A stretch of DNA of 45,569 nt from positions 1 to 45,569 of the forward strand of contig JALJEE010000098.1 in assembly GCA_023231475.1 (NCBI GenBank). Reading direction: 5' to 3'. Origin of the DNA: Seison nebaliae. Its lineage: Eukaryota. The notes under the pieces were generated by a model. That model worked only from the letters and a program-made list of their open reading frames with translations. It ran no database searches and was not told the origin of the DNA. Shown in pieces: positions 38,554-45,569 of the stretch (the stretch's first letter is position 1; each line of letters opens with the position of its first letter). Both the position numbers and the translations under genes were made by a program.

Positions 38554-39694
38554 TATAATATCAAACAGAGGAAAGTATTTGAAAATAAGTTGTTGGATAT
38601 TTCTGAAAGAGTAAAATTTTAAGAATCTAATATGACGGAAAATAATATAAGTCTGTGATATTGACACGTTCGAATGATTAAAATCGTTTAAAATAAAAGA
38701 GAAAACTAATTTTGGAATGTAGGAAGATGATTGGGTTGAGATATATATTTGCACGACATCGTTTAACGGTATTTACTTCTTTTAATTGTTGACGTGGCAT
38801 AACCGTTGGGAAGTATTCAATTTTCGTTTTTCCTTATTCTTCTATTATTGATTCCGAACGGTATACTGTTTTTTTAATCTAAACAAATATGCAGATATTT
38901 TGTATAATTATATGGATTATATTATTATTCAAATTTAAACTTAAATTGTAGAAATTTTATCAATATATCATTCTTTAAAATAGTTCTATTGAACATATAC
39001 GAATCACTTCTATGGGACGTAAATTCAATTGGCAGAAGAGATCACAGAAAGCTTTTATGAACTTAACCGGAAAATAAATTGCTCCCCATCATATAATTTA
39101 GCACGCTTTTTCTGCCCATTTTAAATATTATGACTAACATGTAAAATTAAAAAATATTTTAATTTTCACAATCAAAGATGCATCCGGCTGTTGTTCAGAT
39201 AAGTATGTTAATTTTCTTATTAGAATGGAATATTCGTTTAATTATTTTTCTTTGTACAATCCAATGTTTAGATGAGATCCACATGATATCGTGAAAAGAT
39301 GAAAAGTTTAGATATACCTTAACTGATGGTAATAATAGATGGCATTGAAGTTTTAATGGACATGATCACGGTTTTGTAGTTTAAGTTCTGAATCATCTAT
39401 TTCGATGATAGCCTTGACTAATTTATATCTTGGACTTACGTACAATCAATTAAGTATCATTCGTTTCTAGTTTTTCAATAAAATTTATTTTAATACTATT
39501 TTAGTTAAACAAAAACCGCGCTAACAGTAAATTAAAAGTGCTAATGAATGAATTAACGAGAAAAATTGAAATTTGTTTTAATTGTTATAAGTGTTGTATT
39601 AAAGTTTAGCATTGCTATAACTATATCAACTATATTGAATAATTATTTAACTGATTCATTTGGGAAATAATAAAGAATATATTCTTTATATTTT

Positions 39695-42600
39695 TCACAC
39701 CGTTAATTGGGTTCTTATACTTTTCTTTTCGTCTTTTGTCGATATTAAATCTTCTTCTTCAAACACATATGTCTCTTCCCTCATAAATATATCAGACAAC
39801 GCGACTAGGAATATTTGGAGAGTGAGTAGACAACGAACGATATAAAGAGTTAAATAAACACGCCATCGACCCAGTAATGGTGGTAACTGGGAATAATTAA
39901 AATTCAAAGAGAAAAAACAAGAAAAAAACCATATTCGTATGAAAATCTTTCCATAATTGTTTCTTTGAATTTTTATAATATCCATTTCCATATAACGTCC
40001 ACAAATCTGATAAAACGGTTATTGCATCAGTTCCTGTCGATTTAAACTGAAACGGTTTTTTTTTCAAATTTTTTAAAATTATCCAACTAATTTGTAAAGA
40101 GGTTGTCGATGAAATGTTTTCGGTGATTGTTTATCGAATAAAATTTTTGGTTTATTGAAATCAGTTTCAGCAATTTCCTACAAAATAGAAAAAATATTGA
40201 AAGTTTTCTTAAATGGAAATTAAATTTAAACTCTACCGAGTGTTCCGATAACATTATCCAGTTTAAAGATAACAATTGTAAAAACTAAAATGACGAACAA
40301 TTCACCTAAACACATAATTTCGATTATATTAAGTTGATCATTATTTCTAAATTCCCTTTCGATTCTTCGAAATAGATTTTTTAAATTTCTTATTGAAATT
40401 AATTTTTAACTTATCCATAAAATATGCCGATCCAACCACAATGGAGAACATAATAGTTGAGTGAAATATGAGAAGAGTATCATATCGATAGACGAGCCAA
40501 GAAGAAACAAGTGACCGGAAAGTATTCGAATGATTATTGGCGTGAATTATCATTTCCAGAAAACACAAAATAAAAAGGAATGACACCATTATCAGCATTA
40601 AATTTCCCACTGATTGTCGAATGATGATTGACATTCCTGCTCTGATTGTTGGACAAATGGGAAAACAATCACAAAAGCCTTTACATTTAGGTTTTGCCAC
40701 TCTTCCCGGTCTAAATCCAAAAGCTTTAGCCTCAAGCATTTTTTTGAATTTTTCCTCGGGAATTTTCACGAATTTTCCTAGAATGACATAAAATTTAAGA
40801 ATACTATTTTGGGGAAAAAACCAGGATATTCAACATATTCCATTCGATTCCATTCACTTGCTTTTTTCGTACATTCTTCTCTTCTCTCGCAATTATAACC
40901 GCGTTGTATTTCTTTGTCAATATCCGATTCGACCAATTGAAGTAAATGTTCATATTTTAACTTGTTTGTTTTATAAACAGCCTCCACCTTTTCGGGTGTC
41001 ATATTTTGATAGGATAATTTTGGAGTTTTATTTTTTGAAATTTTATTTTTGGAATTCCGAATATTCACGTTAGAATTATCCTATTAAAATTGAATCGGTT
41101 AAACGATTAAAAAAATGGATACTGACTGTGGTTGATGGTTGGGTGATTTCTTGATTCATTTGAAATTTTTTTACATCTTTCTGTTTTCTACTTTTGTCCT
41201 TTTCCCAATTTTTCTTATCTGCATTAGAACCGTCTCCGGATACAATCTGATGGTTTAAGTTGCTTAATGATTTTTCATAACTTTCATTCATCCTCCGTGT
41301 TCGACTATTTATCGATATTGTCTTTCGACTTTTTATCGATTTTGTTTTTCGACGATCTATCGATTTTGTTTTTCGATTATCTATCGATTTTGATTTTCGA
41401 CCGTTTGTGAATTTTGTACTTTGGTAGTTTATTGATTTTGTTCTTGGATCGTTTATTGATTTAGTTCTTTTGTCGTGTATTGATTTTGATCCTTGGTCGT
41501 TAATGGATTTTCTTGTTTCATCGTTTATGAATTTTACTGTTTTGTCGTGTCTTAGTTTTGTCATTTGATTTTTTGAGAATTCATCTGATTCTTCTCGTTC
41601 ATGATGCTTTGATTTGTCATCCGAGTCCTTACTAATCCTTCGATATTTTTTGACGGTGTTCTGAATATCCTGATTGATTGAATTATCAACACTTTTCAAT
41701 CGTTTAGTTGACGATTTAATGCTTTTTCCATCACTTCGTTGAACTTTTCGTTCAATACCTTTAGATGGTCTTCCATTACTAATTTTTATTGGATCCATAG
41801 AATCGATTATATATTCATCAGGTTTATTATCATCATATTCACTAGATTCAAACATCAAACTTTGTACGTTACTATGTTCCTTTGAACGTAATGGTCTTCT
41901 CCCAATCGGTTTCGGGATATTTTTAGTCTTCTCTTTATCTATTAATTTCTTCTTTATTGATTTACGTTTATCTAATTTCGAGGAAATCCTTCTGTCGCTA
42001 ATATTAAATTTAGATTGATGTTGTTGACCTACGATTTTCTTTGGATCTGGACCAACAACTTTATCGAAGTTTTTAGCATTCTGAGATGAAGATTTCTTCT
42101 TCTTATCTACTGTTAATTTGAAATCGTTATCATTATATTCTTCGTTGCTATTATCAAATTCAGGTTTATAATTCTTCCCATATATTTTCTTTGGATCTGG
42201 ACCAACAACTTCAACGAATTTTCTAACATTATCAGACGAAGATTTCTCCTTCGTATTTGCTGTTAATTTGAAATCGATATCATTATATTCTTCGTTGCTA
42301 TTATCAAATTCAGGTTTATAATTTTGCCCATATATTTTCTTTGTGCTATCATTTTTTTCTTCTGAGAACTTTTCGACATTATCAGATGAAGATTTCTTTC
42401 TCCTACCGCCTGTTAATTCATAATTAATATTTTTCGTTTCATCTTCATTAATTCCATCACTTTCGTCATTTGGTCTAGCGGTTTTTGGAAGATTAGAAGG
42501 ATGAAAATCGTTATCTGATTTTCTAGCAATATCAGCAATACTGATAAGTTCTTTCGGGGCAACTTCGCTCCATAATTTATTTTCGTCTGTTTCAATTTCT

Positions 42601-43421
42601 TCATAGACGTCTTTGGCATTATTTAAAAATGTTCGGTCTCTTCCACTTTTGGTTAAATTGAAGGAATTTGTTGGCTTTGAAGAATCTTTATATTCCTCTT
42701 GTGTACTTCGTTTTGATCTTTTATCGTCATGTTCATTAGGAACTTGTTCGATTTCTCGATATCTTCCCCCTCTCAATATTAATTTATTATTTTTTACTGA
42801 TTGTTTAACTTTTCGAGCAGTTTTGGTGGGTTTAGTTATCTTATTTTTTTCTTTTATTTTTGATTTTGGTTTTTTCCGTAATGTTGTACCATCTTTATTT
42901 CTCTTACGATGATAGTCTGGCGAAGTTTCTTTTTGTAGTGACAATTCTAAATATTTTTTCTTTTTTTTTCCATCAAAATTTAATTTTTTAATGTATTTCA
43001 GTCTAGTTAAATCAGCTAAAACGAATAATTTCCCGTAAAATTATGAAAGTAAAGAAATTATTAGTGAAAAACCTTTTTTCTTTTTGGAATGTTTTACAAC
43101 ATTTTTTGCTGCTTGAATTCGTGATGTTAATTGTGCATTTGATTTCCCACGTTTTCTTTTACGTAATCGCTCGTTACCTGACAAATATAATAATGTCTTA
43201 ACTTTAACTTACTAACTTTGTTTCTTCCTCAAATTTATTTTAGTAGTTTTTTCTTCGGTTTGTTCGGGTACTTTTTTTTTATGTTTTTTCTCTCGTTTAT
43301 CAATCTCTTTTTTTAGAAATTTTCTTTGTTCTACCAAACTGAGTGCAGCAAATCCTTTTGGTACTAATCCGTGGTAACCGTAAACTCTCGATATGTCTAT
43401 GTCATTTTTACGGGGAGACAT
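39695..43421 (-). CDS. Large uncharacterised protein (~1,100 aa, ~9 exons): long basic repeat-rich N-terminus plus about 4 predicted TM helices
   Basis: ORFs 43212-43421, 41076-42944, 40778-41068, 40347-40769, several small exons and 39695-39886 splice in frame through seven GTT and one GTC donors. Hydrophobic segments are LMLIMVSFLFILCFL, LLIFHSTIMFSIVVGSAYF, IMCLGELFVILVFTIVIF and VYLTLYIVRCLLTLQIFLVAL. The true start may lie upstream. Confidence 0.7.
41295..41545 (-). repeat. 24-nt coding tandem repeat (~10 copies, KSI[ND]xxxT)
   Basis: KSINDQGS KSIHDKRT KSINDPRT KSINYQST KFTNGRKS KSIDNRKT KSIDRRKT KSIKSRKT in the 622-aa ORF. Confidence 0.85.
42030..42420 (-). repeat. 150-nt (50-aa) coding tandem repeat, ~2.6 copies
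   Basis: tgttaatt recurs at 42111, 42261 and 42411. The peptide KKIYGxNYKPEFDNSNEEYNDxDFKLT is duplicated. Confidence 0.9.
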
Positions 43422-44785
43422 TTTTGTGACGTTAAATCTTATTTTTCCACTAGAATCACAACGATAAATATTTAGTTAAAATCATATCGTTACAAAATAA
43501 AAACGGTCAAAAATCTAGCATTAAAAACTAACAGTAAATAAGTTGCTTTTTCCGTTAGTAAAAATTTCTCCAATTGAAATCCACTAAAAATTTTCATCTT
43601 TAATAAGTTTGTTTTCACAGACAAAAAATTTGATCATCACATATTCAGATTTGATATTATTGAAAAATTTCGATAGTTCAGATTGATCAGGTCAGATCCG
43701 GTTAGGTAGTGAACTACTTTGTTCTACAACCTCTCAAAGATTATATTGTGTAGAGAACGTGAACTTAAATAAATTCCTTAAGGAGTCATCTTTCTTATAT
43801 CTATTTTTTATGTATTCCGTTGTCCAATAATTAACATGTTGAGTTCATTTTATGTCTCCTTTGTAATTTACCGGATGGAAATTTAGTAAGATAAATAATC
43901 GATAAGATAATAACTTCATTAAAATTTAAGTTAAAAATCAAAACAATAAATTCTCGTCATTCCACAAATTTTTAATTGCCATAGAGTAATAAAAGCAAAA
44001 GCACCCATGTTAATAATTCATCAAAGAAATCTTCAGTTCTTCAAAATAAACTACAAAATATGAATGAACTATAATGAATACTATTAGTATTATTCATTCT
44101 TGAATTTTGAATTTATTAATCAAAAGAAAATTTTTTAAAATTTTAGTCCTCAAATCAATAAAAACCAAATCGAACTGTTGGTGTAACTCCGGAAGGGAAT
44201 AAGTATCGATTGTTATAGATTAAGTCACATAATATGAGAAAATCATATCTTTGAAATTGTGGGGAGAATATCGCGTGGAAAATGATATATTATGAGATTA
44301 TATTTGTCCGACCAGTAATTATTTATAGTGATGTTGTTAATAACAACTCGGACTTAAAATTTCGAGACTATAGTCTCGAACTATTTCTAAAAATTTTTAA
44401 GCTTAGCAGTCTTTGAACTTTCACTTAACAACACTAGTTGTTATATGAATAACCAGTCTGACTTTCTTTTCATTCACATATAATTATTAATTAAAATATG
44501 AAATGTATTTTATTGTTTCCTCAATTAGCAAATCGATTATGGGCACTTGTCGAATTCTCATTGGATCAACAATTAATTCTTACACGTAAGAATAAACTGC
44601 GCACAAAATTCAACAACAAGACTGAAGGTATATAAATGGGAAAAATGAAAAGAGAATATTCATTTACATTTTTCGCGTTATTCTGAATAACGAATTTAAC
44701 GATTCGTTTCTGGGCTGGGGGAATGATCCATGATCCTTAAATGAAAAGGATCGATCCTTCTATACATTTTGGAAAAAAAAATCCA

Positions 44786-44876
44786 GACTCCAAACGACTC
44801 CTATACATACATTGGATCGATCCTAAGTACGAGCCACAGTCATACTTAGGATCGATCCAACACGTCGTTTGGAGTC
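44786..44876. repeat. Nested inverted repeat (hairpin)
   Basis: Perfect 18-bp arms 44812-44829 and 44843-44860 flank a 13-nt loop. Perfect 13-bp outer arms lie at 44786-44798 and 44864-44876. Confidence 0.9.
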
Positions 44877-45569
44877 GATCCTTCTCAACTTCAACAGAAA
44901 ATATTTTATTGAAAATAACTTTAAATTTTATCTAAACAGTGTATAATTTTCAACATTAATCTAATATTATACTATGAAGTTATACATGTTTAAGGTCTAT
45001 TTTTTAAGGGCTACAAGATGGTTTGATTTGTTTTGTATTTAAATTCATATTTTTTCTGATAATTCAGTAATTTTGTAAAAAAAAAAACAGGTTATGTTAA
45101 AAAAAGTTATAAAAAAAACGAATGAAAAAGAAATTATTGTTTAGGTTCTACATATTTTCTCCAATTCTTTATCACAATATCTTTATTTGAGTGCAAAAAA
45201 GTTAACATCCATAAATTATTATCGTTGAAACATTGCCTGTTCTTCCTAAAAATATTAGAAGCGGAAGAAAATATCTGTTCGCATTTCAACGAACTTGTAG
45301 AATAAACTTGCATAGTTTTGCCACTGTTTTTAAATTTTTGATAAGTAATTAGAATTAATTTTAAAATTTCGTTATTTCAACGTGTAGAGAATAATTTCCT
45401 TCACATATTATAATATTTTCAACATTATAAATTAAGTTTTAATATCATTTTTAAGGAAAGTTTTTAAAAGCCAAAATTAGATTGGGCATAAATTTTCAAA
45501 AATTAATACTTTCAAAGATGAAATAAAATTGTTTGTTTTACTAAAAATGTCTAGAAGAAATGTTAACCT

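Noticed and set aside
41110..41130. GTATCC as a second U12 donor
   Set aside because: Wrong phase for the downstream acceptor. The adjacent GTCAGT donor fits the frame.
38048..42420. Periodic repeats as CRISPR-like arrays
   Set aside because: They are in-frame coding tandem repeats without unique spacers, in a eukaryotic context.
1..45569. tRNA, rRNA or snRNA genes and an alternative genetic code
   Set aside because: None recognised by eye (a covariance-model search would be needed). Apparent in-frame stops in conserved genes are all explained by introns.

Overview
AT-rich, gene-dense eukaryotic (metazoan) DNA with many very short (~40-70 nt) introns, so the ORF track breaks most genes into pieces. 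Hand splicing gives about 15 genes. From the left: a divergent intronless forkhead gene in tandem with a FoxA gene, then ~9 kb without recognisable genes. Next come omega-amidase NIT2, a secreted hedgehog-related Hog (Hint) protein with an unfamiliar 8-Cys N-terminal domain, a monothiol glutaredoxin, DDAH, an importin-alpha3 with a long C-terminal extension and two orphan genes (one with a PIP box). These are followed by an LTO1-like gene, cystathionine beta-synthase, a ZDHHC9/14/18-like palmitoyltransferase, MTCH2, a probable LINE 3' remnant, a repeat-containing orphan, a large repeat-rich multi-pass membrane orphan and a nested hairpin. The most striking signal is splicing: about 45 of ~48 hand-inferred introns begin GTT rather than the usual GTR, and the clearest exception looks like a U12-type intron with no in-frame AG acceptor. 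Gene models are manual and unverified by transcripts. The organism cannot be named from the sequence.
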